A stretch of 64,000 nucleotides of DNA. Source: an archaeon (lineage in GTDB: Archaea; Nanobdellota; Nanobdellia; Woesearchaeales; UBA9642). Numbering within the stretch: the first letter of the stretch is position 1; each line of letters begins with the position of its first letter. Position numbers and translations under genes: made by a program. Below are positions 1 to 9,761 of the stretch, in pieces. Location: assembly GCA_020057295.1 (NCBI GenBank), contig JAGVGF010000003.1:32001-96000 (forward strand), written 5' to 3'. The notes under the pieces were generated by a model. The model saw only the letters and a list, made by a program, of their open reading frames with translations, was not told the origin of the DNA and did not search any database.

Positions 1-563
1 TCAACAAGACTTATGATTTGCTCTTTTCTTGGAAGTCTAAATATTTCTGTAGGCATAACTATATGTTCAACACCATTCTCTTCAAATATTTCAGTGATTA
101 AACTATCAATCGCGAGTTGAAATTCTTTACTATCGCTTCGTACGCCGTCCTTTGTTATATCTGGTTTCCATATAGGAATTCTATATATTAATTGATAAGG
201 ATGATTTTTTGTAAATTGAAGTATAGACTCTCGCATAGCTTCGGTTTTTGCTTTTCCAAACTTTAGTCTAGGATATGCATAGTCATCCCATCTTGTTCGA
301 TCGCATATTATATGATCAAACTTTCCTTCTCTAGAAAGATCTTCGTAATCTATTTCTCTTTTTGCTTTAACATTTTGGATGCGCCATTGTGCTTCAAGCG
401 TTGTTTGATCGTTAATCGGTAAGCGTTCTGTTAATAATAGTTCTCTTGCTATCTCAGGAATTATTTCACAATTTATACTCATCTGTTTGTAATAGAATGC
501 AAGAAAAGATACTAGTGCTGTTTTACCGACACCATGCGTACTAGCAAATGCGATTTTACTCAT
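1..563 (-). CDS. P-loop nucleotide kinase-like ATPase (AAA_28/NadR-Ttd14-like), 3' truncated by window edge
   Basis: Not in ORF track. Manual translation from ATG 563: MSKIAFASTHGVGKT...IPEIARE...ICDRTRWDDYAY...DGVRS; P-loop plus CDR and DGxR motifs typical of AAA_28. Confidence 0.75.
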   Translation of the reverse strand, partial: MSKIAFASTHGVGKTALVSFLAFYYKQMSINCEIIPEIARELLLTERLPINDQTTLEAQWRIQNVKAKREIDYEDLSREGKFDHIICDRTRWDDYAYPRLKFGKAKTEAMRESILQFTKNHPYQLIYRIPIWKPDITKDGVRSDSKEFQLAIDSLITEIFEENGVEHIVMPTEIFRLPRKEQIISLV

Positions 564-679
564 GATAAACCCCTCAGATAATTTTGTGCAATCGCTGGTT
601 TAAATATTTACCCCATCATCGACGATAAAAATTTATTTGTTATTACCGCGGCCGAGTTATTTCTTCTAATTTTTTATAG

Positions 680-746
680 AGAACTTTGAATAAGCTATAT
701 TCAAAGTTCTTCTTAGAGAGTTTTCGAGATATTTCAAAACTCTCTA
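680..746. repeat. Two tandem inverted repeats in the divergent promoter region
   Basis: AGAACTTTGAATA-agcta-TATTCAAAGTTCT (680-710) and TAGAGAGTTTT-N11-AAAACTCTCTA (714-746). Confidence 0.7.
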
Positions 747-783
747 TAGTAATCTTTAAAAACGTAGTATAATACTTCTAATC

Positions 784-1821
784 ATGGGTACTAAGATTAC
801 TGAATTGATGCAGTCTAAAGAATTATCTATTGATGATTTGAAAGGAAAAATTGTGGTTGTAGATGCATTTAATCAATTATACATGTTCCTATCAAGTATA
901 AGACAGCCAGATGGTTCACTATTAAAAGACTCACACAATAATGTGACATCACATTTGAATGGATTATTTTATAGATTTACCAAATTAATGCAGCATGATA
1001 TAAAATTTGTATTTGTGTTTGATGGTAAAGCTCCTGAACTAAAATTAAAAGAAAGAGAGAGAAGAAATGCATTAAAGCATGATGCTGAATTAAAGTTTGA
1101 AAAAGCAGCTGAAGAAGAAAACTTAGAAGATATGAAGAAATATGCTTCTAGAACTAGCAAATTAACTCCTGAAATGATTTCTGATGTTAAAGAATTGATT
1201 GCTGCACTTGGCTGTCCTATTATTCAGGCACCTGCAGAAGGAGAAGCACAAGCAGCATTACTCGTTAAAAATAAAGATGCATATGCAAGTTTAAGTCAGG
1301 ATGCCGATTCTTTATTATTCGCTTGCCCGTTAGTTGTTAAAAATCTAACTTTATCTGGAAGAAAGAAATTACCTAATAAATTATCTTATGATACTATCAC
1401 TCCGGAACTAATTTCCTTAACAGATACACTTAATTCTTTAAGTATTGATCAGGATCAATTAATTGTCCTTGCGATGTTGACAGGTACCGATTATAATATT
1501 GGTGGTATTAAAGGTATCGGTCCAAAGACTGCACTAAAATTAGTTAAAGAATATGGTTCCGGAGCAGACAATTTTGAAAAACTATTCGATGAATATAAAT
1601 GGAATGAACATTTTAATTATGATTGGAAAGAGGTTTTTAATATAATTAAACATACAGAAACAACGAATAATTACAAACTAAATTTTTCCGATGTTGATGA
1701 TGAGAAAGTTGTTGAAGTATTGTGTAAAAATCATGATTTTAATGAAGAAAGAACAAGAAAAGTTTTAGAAACATTACATAAAAGACCATTAGCGCAGAAA
1801 GGTCTTGGAGAGTATTTCTGA
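784..1821 (+). CDS. fen: Flap endonuclease 1
   Basis: DAFNQLYMFLSSIRQPDG, EGEAQAA, SQDAD, GTDYN-GIKGIGPKTAL (H3TH) and C-terminal PIP box QKGLGEYF. Confidence 0.97.
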   Translation: MGTKITELMQSKELSIDDLKGKIVVVDAFNQLYMFLSSIRQPDGSLLKDSHNNVTSHLNGLFYRFTKLMQHDIKFVFVFDGKAPELKLKERERRNALKHDAELKFEKAAEEENLEDMKKYASRTSKLTPEMISDVKELIAALGCPIIQAPAEGEAQAALLVKNKDAYASLSQDADSLLFACPLVVKNLTLSGRKKLPNKLSYDTITPELISLTDTLNSLSIDQDQLIVLAMLTGTDYNIGGIKGIGPKTALKLVKEYGSGADNFEKLFDEYKWNEHFNYDWKEVFNIIKHTETTNNYKLNFSDVDDEKVVEVLCKNHDFNEERTRKVLETLHKRPLAQKGLGEYF

Positions 1822-2855
1822 TGTTAGGATTAAAAGTTCCATTAAAGGATGCAGAAAAATGGAAACAATATATTATTGTAAATAACTTCATTAATAATAA
1901 TTATCAGTATTTGAAGGATAAAAACCATATTTATTTTCCTCTAATAAGCGAGTTTACTATAATACGTTCTCAAGGTTTAGAATTCGTAGATAAAGAATTT
2001 AATAAAACGAAGCACAAAGGTACACTAAGAGAAAATTTAGGCAAGTCCTTAACAAAGGAAGAGTTAGAGTTTGTAAAAACTGCGCATGATATTATAGGAT
2101 CTATAGCAATCCTTGAAATCCCTCAAGATTTAGTATTTAGAGAGAAGGTTATTGCTGAAACATTACTACAAACTAATAAACAGATTAAAACAGTTCTAAA
2201 GAAGGCAGATATTCATGGTGGAGTTTATAGAACTCAGAAAATGATTTATTTAGCAGGGGAGAAAACTAAAGAAACGATTTATAGAGAAAATAACGTTCAA
2301 TTAAAGCTAGATGTAGAAAAAGTTTATTTTTCTATACGTTTATCTAATGAACGTAAACGTATAATGAAATTAATACAGCCGGGAGAAGAAGTGTTAGTTA
2401 TGTTTAGCGGATGTGCTCCATATCCTGTAGTTTTAGCTAAAAATACAGAAGCGAAACATATCTTAGGAATTGAAATAAATCCAGACGGACATAAATATGG
2501 TTTAGAAAACGTCAAATTAAATAAAATCAAGAGTGTCGATCTAATATGCGGAGATGTACATGAAGTGATTCCAAAATTGAAAGAAAAAAATTCTAAATTA
2601 ACGTTTGATAGAATTTTGATGCCTTTGCCAAAAACAGCTGACGAATTTTTAGATGATGCATTAGCTGTTTCAAAAAAAGGAACTATGATACATTTCTATG
2701 ACTTTTTAGAATTAGGAAAATTTGATGAAGCAACAGAAAAAATTGATAAGGCATGTAAAAAAGCAGGATTTAAACATAAGATTTTAGAAATTGTAAAATG
2801 TGGTCAGCATGCACCATACATCTACAGAATCTGTGTAGATTTTAAGATAATATAA
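1821..2855 (+). CDS. trm5: tRNA m1G37 methyltransferase, Trm5/Tyw2 (Met-10+) family
   Basis: DIIGSIAI, KVYFSIRLSNER, MFSGCAPY, EINP, DRILMPLP motifs; translationally coupled to fen. Confidence 0.85.
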   Translation: MLGLKVPLKDAEKWKQYIIVNNFINNNYQYLKDKNHIYFPLISEFTIIRSQGLEFVDKEFNKTKHKGTLRENLGKSLTKEELEFVKTAHDIIGSIAILEIPQDLVFREKVIAETLLQTNKQIKTVLKKADIHGGVYRTQKMIYLAGEKTKETIYRENNVQLKLDVEKVYFSIRLSNERKRIMKLIQPGEEVLVMFSGCAPYPVVLAKNTEAKHILGIEINPDGHKYGLENVKLNKIKSVDLICGDVHEVIPKLKEKNSKLTFDRILMPLPKTADEFLDDALAVSKKGTMIHFYDFLELGKFDEATEKIDKACKKAGFKHKILEIVKCGQHAPYIYRICVDFKII

Positions 2856-2887
2856 TAGCCGGTTTTTAGAATTCTATAAATTTTAAG

Positions 2888-2970
2888 TGTGCGCTCAGCA
2901 GTTACTTCCGTTAATCATTTCTCAAGTTTTACCTTGAAATCATCGGGTGTTCACAACCTCATCGCGCACA
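2888..2970 (-). ncRNA. Candidate box C/D guide sRNA
   Basis: 7-bp terminal stem TGTGCGC/GCGCACA, box C-like GCGATGA, D' CCGA, internal hairpin, C'-like ATGATTA, box D CTGA; TATA box TTTATAAA at 2991-2998 on the minus strand. Confidence 0.65.
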
Positions 2971-3066
2971 ATAACTAGAATGAATGATTGTTTATAAAGT
3001 TTATATGAAAATTTGTGAAAGAAAATTAAAGAAAGATATTTTTAGAAATATAGAATTGCTTTAAGT

Positions 3067-4293
3067 TTATCCGAACATACTTACATAATCTTTACCGTAT
3101 TGATCTTCGTCTTTTCTAATTTTTACAATTGCCTTTGTGAAATCTTCTTCAGTAACAACATCTCTATCTTCTCTTATTGCGAAGTATCCTGCTTCTGTTG
3201 TTACAGCACGTATCTCTGCTCCAGATAATTCTTGTGATAGGTCATATAATTTATTCAAATCTAACTTCTTTTCCACAGGCATATTTTTCATATGTATTTT
3301 ATATATTTGTTTTATTCCTTCTTTGTCAGGATTTGGTACTTCGATTAATCTATCCATTCTTCCAGGTCTTAAAATAGCGGGGTCAAGAATATCCTTTCTG
3401 TTAGTACATCCTATGATTTTAACGTTGTCTAATGATTTGAATCCATCAAGCTCCGCTAGTAATTGCATGAATGTTCTCTGAACTTCTCTTTCTCCTGATG
3501 TTCCTAATTCTATTCTCTTTGCACATAGCGCATCTAGTTCGTCAATGAATACTATTGCTGGAGCTTTAGATTTTGCTAATTGAAATATTTCTTTAATTAA
3601 TTTTGCACCATCGCCTATGAATTTTTGTATGATTTCAGAGCCTACTACTTCTATGAATGTAGCGTCCGTACTGTTAGCGATTGCTTTTGCAAGTAATGTT
3701 TTTCCAGTTCCTGGAGGACCATGTAATAATATTCCTTTAGGAGGATTTATGCCTAACTTCCTGAATAATTCGGGTTTCTTTAATGGTAGTTCTATAACTT
3801 CCTTTATTTCTTCAACTTGTTCTGTTAATCCGCCAATCTCGTTCCATGTAGTTTTAGGTTTTTCTATTATAACAAATCTTTCAACATCAAAATTTTTAGA
3901 AATATTAATCTTGTCAATAATATTTAAATTTTTTTGCTCAACTAATACTCCGTCACCAGCTTCCAATTTCTTAAGATTTGAAGATATAGTTACAAAAAAT
4001 TTATTACCGTTAGGAATTTTTATTATTGCACGATTATTTGGCAGCACATCTGTAACTTCTGCAACCATCAAAGAAGGAGCTCTTAAACGTTCAACTTCAT
4101 CTCTTAAAGAATTTAGCGCTTCTTTTAATATCTTGTTTTCATCCTCTAAAGCACTATTAAAGTTAGCAGTAGTATATGAATAACCTACATTATTATTGCC
4201 GTTAGTAGAACTAGTGCTCTTTACTTTCGTATCAGAATCTTTACCAACCATTACCGAGGGAAATACGAATTTATTTATAAACTTTTGCGTCAT
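3067..4293 (-). CDS. pan: Proteasome-activating nucleotidase (AAA+ ATPase)
   Basis: Coiled coil + OB fold, [40 protein letters not shown]; C-terminal HbYX-like MFG. Confidence 0.95.
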   Translation of the reverse strand: MTQKFINKFVFPSVMVGKDSDTKVKSTSSTNGNNNVGYSYTTANFNSALEDENKILKEALNSLRDEVERLRAPSLMVAEVTDVLPNNRAIIKIPNGNKFFVTISSNLKKLEAGDGVLVEQKNLNIIDKINISKNFDVERFVIIEKPKTTWNEIGGLTEQVEEIKEVIELPLKKPELFRKLGINPPKGILLHGPPGTGKTLLAKAIANSTDATFIEVVGSEIIQKFIGDGAKLIKEIFQLAKSKAPAIVFIDELDALCAKRIELGTSGEREVQRTFMQLLAELDGFKSLDNVKIIGCTNRKDILDPAILRPGRMDRLIEVPNPDKEGIKQIYKIHMKNMPVEKKLDLNKLYDLSQELSGAEIRAVTTEAGYFAIREDRDVVTEEDFTKAIVKIRKDEDQYGKDYVSMFG

Positions 4294-4333
4294 AAATTGC
4301 TATATTTAAATAGAATTTTAGTTAATGTTGTGC

Positions 4334-4849
4334 TTAAGGAGTATTTTTTGCGGCTATAGTTTTAATTATGTTAAGTTTTTCTATAACATCATTATCACTG
4401 TTAATAAAATCCTCATATCGTTCATGTAATAATCCGAATAGTCTATCAAACCCTTTTTTTACACCTTCAGAATTATTTATTGCGCCAGCAGTAATCCATC
4501 CTGTTATTTCTTTCAAATTTTTGATGTAAGCATCTAAGTCATAAATCATATTTCCTAAATCTGTTAGCACTTGATTATACACCGTTTCTGCAGGTCCGCC
4601 GGCAAATTCACTCTTTCTACTGGCAAATGCTTCCAGTTCTCTTGTGCATATATCTCTAATAGGTACTAATTTTTTTGAACAACTTCTTAATTTTTCTACC
4701 TCGGCAAGTGCGTTCCCAGAATCTTGTATAACATCGTTCATGTTTTTATATTCGTTGTAGAACATTATTGCCTTCTGCTGTATAGTACGTACAACATCTT
4801 CTATTTTTGCATCCATATATCTTTGTTCTTCAATAAATTGATTTTCCAT
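4334..4849 (-). CDS. Hypothetical alpha-helical protein
   Basis: 171-aa ORF tightly packed between neighbours in the same orientation. Confidence 0.6.
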   Translation of the reverse strand: MENQFIEEQRYMDAKIEDVVRTIQQKAIMFYNEYKNMNDVIQDSGNALAEVEKLRSCSKKLVPIRDICTRELEAFASRKSEFAGGPAETVYNQVLTDLGNMIYDLDAYIKNLKEITGWITAGAINNSEGVKKGFDRLFGLLHERYEDFINSDNDVIEKLNIIKTIAAKNTP

Positions 4850-4850
4850 T

Positions 4851-5486
4851 TTAATCTTTTCCTAAAAGATCTGCAGTACATGCTCCCACAACCGCGGCAA
4901 GCATCACTCCTGCAACCATCTTATATGATTCTTCAAAATTATGTCCGAACGAAGGATAGAATATGTATAACACTAATATAGACATTATTAGTGAACAAAC
5001 ATATAATACTAGTAATCTTAATGGCATAAACATTAATATTTTAGTATCTTTGACCTTTCTAAATCCTGTAGCGTAGATAAATAATAATCCTACTATAAAA
5101 GTCAAAGGAAATAACAATGTGGCTCTAGTTATAGTCATTTTTTCTGAAATTTCTACACCATAAATAAATGTGTAATGTATAGCAAGTCCGATGAATGCTC
5201 CTACTAAACCTTTAGTAAAATCTTTTAATGTTACTGTTGCTAAAGGATGCTCTCCTACTTCAGCTCTTATTTCTTCTTCTAATTTTTCTAATTTTTGTAT
5301 ATCGTTAGATTCGGTATTTAAGCTTCTCTTTATATCTTCAACACCTTTCTCTTCCTCTGCAAGAAGTTCTTCCTTTTTTTCTACAAGTTTTTCCTCTCGT
5401 AAAAGATTATTTTCTGCTTTTAGAATACTATCCAATTTATTATTAATAGATTGCTTCTTAGATTTTTTAACTTTCTTTTTGACCAT
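4851..5486 (-). CDS. Membrane protein (DUF2391-like) with N-terminal coiled coil
   Basis: Charged coiled coil followed by 4 predicted TM helices ending GACTADLLGK. Confidence 0.65.
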   Translation of the reverse strand: MVKKKVKKSKKQSINNKLDSILKAENNLLREEKLVEKKEELLAEEEKGVEDIKRSLNTESNDIQKLEKLEEEIRAEVGEHPLATVTLKDFTKGLVGAFIGLAIHYTFIYGVEISEKMTITRATLLFPLTFIVGLLFIYATGFRKVKDTKILMFMPLRLLVLYVCSLIMSILVLYIFYPSFGHNFEESYKMVAGVMLAAVVGACTADLLGKD

Positions 5487-5511
5487 TGTTACTTACCATT
5501 ATTAAAGATTT

Positions 5512-6840
5512 TTAAATGTTCTGTTTATCTCTAAAATATTTTTCTATATGGTATATTCCTCTTCGCGGAGCATCTATAAATCCTTGGATTGCTGCATCTG
5601 CAAGTCTACCGTCTTGTAACCAATAATCGAGCCAATCTTTAACAAACACAGGATCCTCTTGGACAAATCCTGAACCAATATGCTCAAGCCATTCTTTATT
5701 ATAGGTCTCGTGTGCACCTATTGGTGGCGCAATAATTATTGGTAATCCCAAAGCAGTATAGAATGACATCTCGCTAGGCTTGGTCCATAATATATCTGTT
5801 ACTCTGAGTATTTTGTTTGTTTCAGAAAATATTGTTTTCTTATCAAATGCAAATATTATATTAATATTTTTTCCAATATATTCTTTTAAACCCATTTCTA
5901 TTAAGGATTTTTCGAAAAATATTTTTAATTCTAATTTTACACCAACAACAATGTTTATTATAATATTATTAGTTATAATTTTTTCTTGTAATGAAGATAC
6001 AATGCTTAATGCTATCTCGCGCTGGGCTCCCGCACCACCTATAGCATAAGTTATTGTTAATTTATGAGTCTTACATTTTGATAAACTTTTAATATCGAAT
6101 TTTTGAGATTTTTTTAATCCAAGTTTTTCGATTAATAATCCTTTATATTTCTCAAAAAATATTCCCGTAGGATCAAGATTTATTAGTCTTGGAAACATAT
6201 CTTTTTTTACTATTTCATCTTTTTCTCCAATATTCTCTTTAGGGAGAGGGAATCCTGTTTCTATTATCTTCTCATCTGATACTCCGTATTGTTTCAATCT
6301 TAAAACCACGTGTTTACATGGAGCAAAATATATTATTTTACTTTTTTTCGGATCATCCGCAACCCATATTCTATTAATATCTGTGTCAGTAACTACTGAA
6401 TAAACTTCTTTGCCGTTATAATCTAGTAGCAAGGAGGGAATGGGATGAGTGGTTATTACAGGGATATTTTCTCTAGATACATACTCTAACAAACTCTTAC
6501 CAAATCCTCTATCTATTATCGATTTCATTCTTAAAGTGCTAAAATTAGGTTTAGATTGATCTCTAAAAGGATAGAATGGAGAAATTTTTTGTAATCGATC
6601 ATATAAGTCAAATGTTACGCTGCCAACTACGGGAATATTTTTTAGTCTAGAAACATTTTCATAAAATAGTCTCGTACGTTCCCACAATCTCTTATCACTA
6701 TCAGATACGATTTTATCATTATTCGCTGTTAGAATACGCTCATAAGCAATATCTTTCAAAGGATATGCTGCACGTTGATGTCCATAACCCATATCAACAG
6801 AAATAATCCATGCCTTAATATCTTTATTTTTTTTAATCAA
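5512..6840 (-). CDS. GT-B glycosyltransferase-like protein (MGDG synthase/GT28-like)
   Basis: SVDMGYGHQRAA, TTHP, VVTDTD, TGFPL, GGAG, WTKPSE, PIGAHE motifs. Confidence 0.7.
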   Translation of the reverse strand: MIKKNKDIKAWIISVDMGYGHQRAAYPLKDIAYERILTANNDKIVSDSDKRLWERTRLFYENVSRLKNIPVVGSVTFDLYDRLQKISPFYPFRDQSKPNFSTLRMKSIIDRGFGKSLLEYVSRENIPVITTHPIPSLLLDYNGKEVYSVVTDTDINRIWVADDPKKSKIIYFAPCKHVVLRLKQYGVSDEKIIETGFPLPKENIGEKDEIVKKDMFPRLINLDPTGIFFEKYKGLLIEKLGLKKSQKFDIKSLSKCKTHKLTITYAIGGAGAQREIALSIVSSLQEKIITNNIIINIVVGVKLELKIFFEKSLIEMGLKEYIGKNINIIFAFDKKTIFSETNKILRVTDILWTKPSEMSFYTALGLPIIIAPPIGAHETYNKEWLEHIGSGFVQEDPVFVKDWLDYWLQDGRLADAAIQGFIDAPRRGIYHIEKYFRDKQNI

Positions 6841-7028
6841 AATATCTTATCCTCTTTTTATGTATATCTCAGATACGGAGATTACTGTTTTAAATAATTA
6901 TCGGAATATTTCTTGTAAAATAATAAGAATGTAAAACTTACGCAAAATTTAAAAATACTAACTGAAGAGTAGTATTAAGGATGATGTTTTGTGTGTTTTA
7001 TAACTATCCGATTATATTTTGGTGTTAT

Positions 7029-7838
7029 ATGGTTAATGGTCTTGCAAAAATAATAAAAGATTATGAGGACGATGGTTTTATAGTTATTAAACTCTCTGAA
7101 GATGAAGTTTTAGACGGAGATAGATTAAGAATATATAATCATACAGTTTTTAATTATCCTGACAAAGAACTATTCTATGCTTGTCTTGCTACAGAGTATG
7201 CTAAACAAATTGCGAAAGAACGTAAGGGTAAAAAAGTTAATGCTGCCAAAGAAGTCGAATCTTTTGCTAAAGATAAAAAGTTTCCAGATGATCTTCACTT
7301 AACATATTCTCAACTTCCGTTAATTAGAGGTAATGTTCCATATTATGCTTTTATTAGCATGATATCAGAATATAAAATAGGATTAGAAGAGCGCATGAGT
7401 ATGCAGGGATTCAGCGAGATGTATAGAAACAATTTAGGATTAATTGCTGATGAAGTTCTTATGAATGCCTTCAAACACGGAAATAATGGCGGAATACGTA
7501 AAGAGATAGAAGTTAATGAAATATATATGCGAGGATTATCTAGACACGGATATGTAATTATAGTGCGAGATAGTGGCGCAAAAATGTTGACCAAAGAAAT
7601 AATTGAGGAACATAAAACAGCAATTGATTCCTCGACTGGAAAACCTAAAATGACAACATCTAAAAGAGGCTTTGTATTGATCGATGCGTTATCTGATAGA
7701 TCTTGGGTTCTCCCTGGCTTAGGTAATAATGTTGGTGTGCATTTATTTGAACCAATGCCAGAACATATTATGGGAAATCATTATGTTCAAAGAAAAAGGA
7801 GCAAAATTTATGTTCCTGAACATTTAGAATCACAGTAG
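7029..7838 (+). CDS. GHKL/HATPase_c protein, RsbW-like anti-sigma kinase fold
   Basis: N box EVLMNAFKHG, G1 VRDSG, G2 RGFVLIDALSD; start placed at ATG 7029 after GGTG SD. Confidence 0.65.
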   Translation: MVNGLAKIIKDYEDDGFIVIKLSEDEVLDGDRLRIYNHTVFNYPDKELFYACLATEYAKQIAKERKGKKVNAAKEVESFAKDKKFPDDLHLTYSQLPLIRGNVPYYAFISMISEYKIGLEERMSMQGFSEMYRNNLGLIADEVLMNAFKHGNNGGIRKEIEVNEIYMRGLSRHGYVIIVRDSGAKMLTKEIIEEHKTAIDSSTGKPKMTTSKRGFVLIDALSDRSWVLPGLGNNVGVHLFEPMPEHIMGNHYVQRKRSKIYVPEHLESQ

Positions 7839-7884
7839 ACATTCTCGGAAAAAGTTTTTAAACAAATAATATTTCTTATAATTT

Positions 7885-8745
7885 ATGGTCTCTGCTACTC
7901 AGCTTTCAAGTTATCTTTATTGTCCTAGAAAATTATTTCTTAGTAATGTGTTGTTAGTCGAGGAACCAATAAAAGCAGAACTTGTTTTAGGAACTATATG
8001 GCATCAAACTTACGAATCATTAAATAATTCTGAAGAGTCAATAGTCACCAGTATAGCTACGAGTAATTATCAAGAAATATTCGATATCTATCGTCATAAG
8101 TATTCTAAAATATTGCGTGATGTAATACTTAAAAATAAATCTAAATTGAAAGAATTTAATACTTCAATGATTGATGTGTTCAATAAATATTGGCCGAATT
8201 TCGAGGAGGAAGCAAAAGAACATGCATTAAATATTTCTAGTTTCATTTCTAAACATAAAATTTTCGGAAAAGAATTATGGAACGAGTTGACTCCTAAAAT
8301 TTTATCAGAACAATATTTCAAGTCGAAGAAATTAAATTTATCAGGAGTAATAGATGTGATTGAAATTCATGAAAATAAATTTCATGTTCCTATAGAATTA
8401 AAGACAGGAAAATTTCCCGAAAAAGGAATGTGGGACGGACATAGAATACAATTAGCTGCTTATATGTTACTTCTTGACGATGCAGGAAAGAATGTTAACG
8501 AAGCTGTTATGAAATACCGAGGAACTGATAAACGAATATTATCGATGAATTCTTTTTTAAAAGAAGAGGTTTTAGATTTAATAAATAAAACCAGCACTGT
8601 TCTGAACAGTCTTGAAGTTCCAAAATACGTCGATAATAAAAACAAATGCAAGAGTTGTCAATTCAAAGATACTTGTTACGACCAAGACGCAATAAAAAAA
8701 TTACTTGCTGATGCCACTAATCGTCTAAAAACTTCTAAAAAATAA
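7885..8745 (+). CDS. cas4: Solo Cas4-family RecB-like Fe-S exonuclease
   Basis: YLYCPRK, G-x-x-WH, SGVIDVI, IELKTG, QLAAY, C-x2-C-x5-C; no array or cas1/cas2 in window. Confidence 0.85.
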   Translation: MVSATQLSSYLYCPRKLFLSNVLLVEEPIKAELVLGTIWHQTYESLNNSEESIVTSIATSNYQEIFDIYRHKYSKILRDVILKNKSKLKEFNTSMIDVFNKYWPNFEEEAKEHALNISSFISKHKIFGKELWNELTPKILSEQYFKSKKLNLSGVIDVIEIHENKFHVPIELKTGKFPEKGMWDGHRIQLAAYMLLLDDAGKNVNEAVMKYRGTDKRILSMNSFLKEEVLDLINKTSTVLNSLEVPKYVDNKNKCKSCQFKDTCYDQDAIKKLLADATNRLKTSKK

Positions 8746-8913
8746 TGATTTTAATGCCTTTTTATTAGAAAAAATTATTTTTTTTTGAATTTAAGCGATT
8801 TTTACTCATACTTTATCCTTTTAAATTAAACATTTTCTAATAGTAAAATTTATATATGACTAACCTCTTTATCTTCTTATATTGACGAAAGTTTATGCTT
8901 AAGGTGATGTATA

Positions 8914-9207
8914 ATGGCTGATATGATGAATAAATCGGAAGCGAAAATGACTGATGAGAAAAAATTCTCAAAACAATTAATCGGTAAAACTGTTATTTCT
9001 AAATCAGGAAAGAGATTTGGTGAAGTTGGAGATATAGTATTCGAAGCTAGAACAGGCGAATTAATACATATAGTATTGGTAAACCCTACTACTTATATCG
9101 AAAAATTAGAGTTAGAAAAGACTAAGGAAGGAAACATTCTAGTACCATTTTCAGCAGTAATTGCTGTCGGTGACTTCGTAGTTTTAGCAGAAGAAGATAT
9201 TATATAA
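8914..9207 (+). CDS. PRC-barrel protein (CdpB-like)
   Basis: LIGKTVISKSGKRFGEVGDI...VPFSAVIAVGDFVV. Confidence 0.85.
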   Translation: MADMMNKSEAKMTDEKKFSKQLIGKTVISKSGKRFGEVGDIVFEARTGELIHIVLVNPTTYIEKLELEKTKEGNILVPFSAVIAVGDFVVLAEEDII

Positions 9208-9298
9208 AATCTTCTGATTTTTATTTTATTTTAACCAATTTTTTCAAATTTTTTGTTTCTTGATAAAAATTATAAACTAAAGATATTCTTATGCTTTT

Positions 9299-9694
9299 AT
9301 GCTAATGAATAAAAAAGCTAAAGGAAGTAATTCTGAGAGAGATTTGATTCATAAATTCAATAATAATGGATGGGTCGCAATACGTAGTGCAGGTTCTGGA
9401 AGTTCACAGTTTCCAAGTCCGGATATTCTTGCGGGAAATAATTTGCGAAGAGTAGCTATTGAATGCAAAGCTACAGCTGATACGAAGAAGTATTTGACGA
9501 AAAAAGAAGTCGATGAACTAGTTTTTTTTGCTAACAAATTCGGTGCAGAAGCTTGGATTGGAGTAAAATTCGACAGAATGGATTGGTTCTTTATCAATAT
9601 TGAAGATCTTGAAAAAACAGAGAAAAGTTATTTGATTGATATTCCTTCGGCAAAACGTAAAGGACTTTCATTCGAGCAATTAATTGAAAAATAA
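9299..9694 (+). CDS. hjc: Archaeal Holliday junction resolvase
   Basis: KGSNSERDL, RSAGSGS, PDILAG, AIECK. Confidence 0.92.
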   Translation: MLMNKKAKGSNSERDLIHKFNNNGWVAIRSAGSGSSQFPSPDILAGNNLRRVAIECKATADTKKYLTKKEVDELVFFANKFGAEAWIGVKFDRMDWFFINIEDLEKTEKSYLIDIPSAKRKGLSFEQLIEK

Positions 9695-9761
9695 CACAAA
9701 ATATATAAATGTCTTATACGATATTCGTTTATAATCACGATTTTTAAAAGAGGTGCGTAAA

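Noticed and set aside
7885-8913. CRISPR-Cas locus
   Set aside because: Only a Cas4-like gene; no cas1/cas2 and no regularly spaced repeat array seen anywhere in the window
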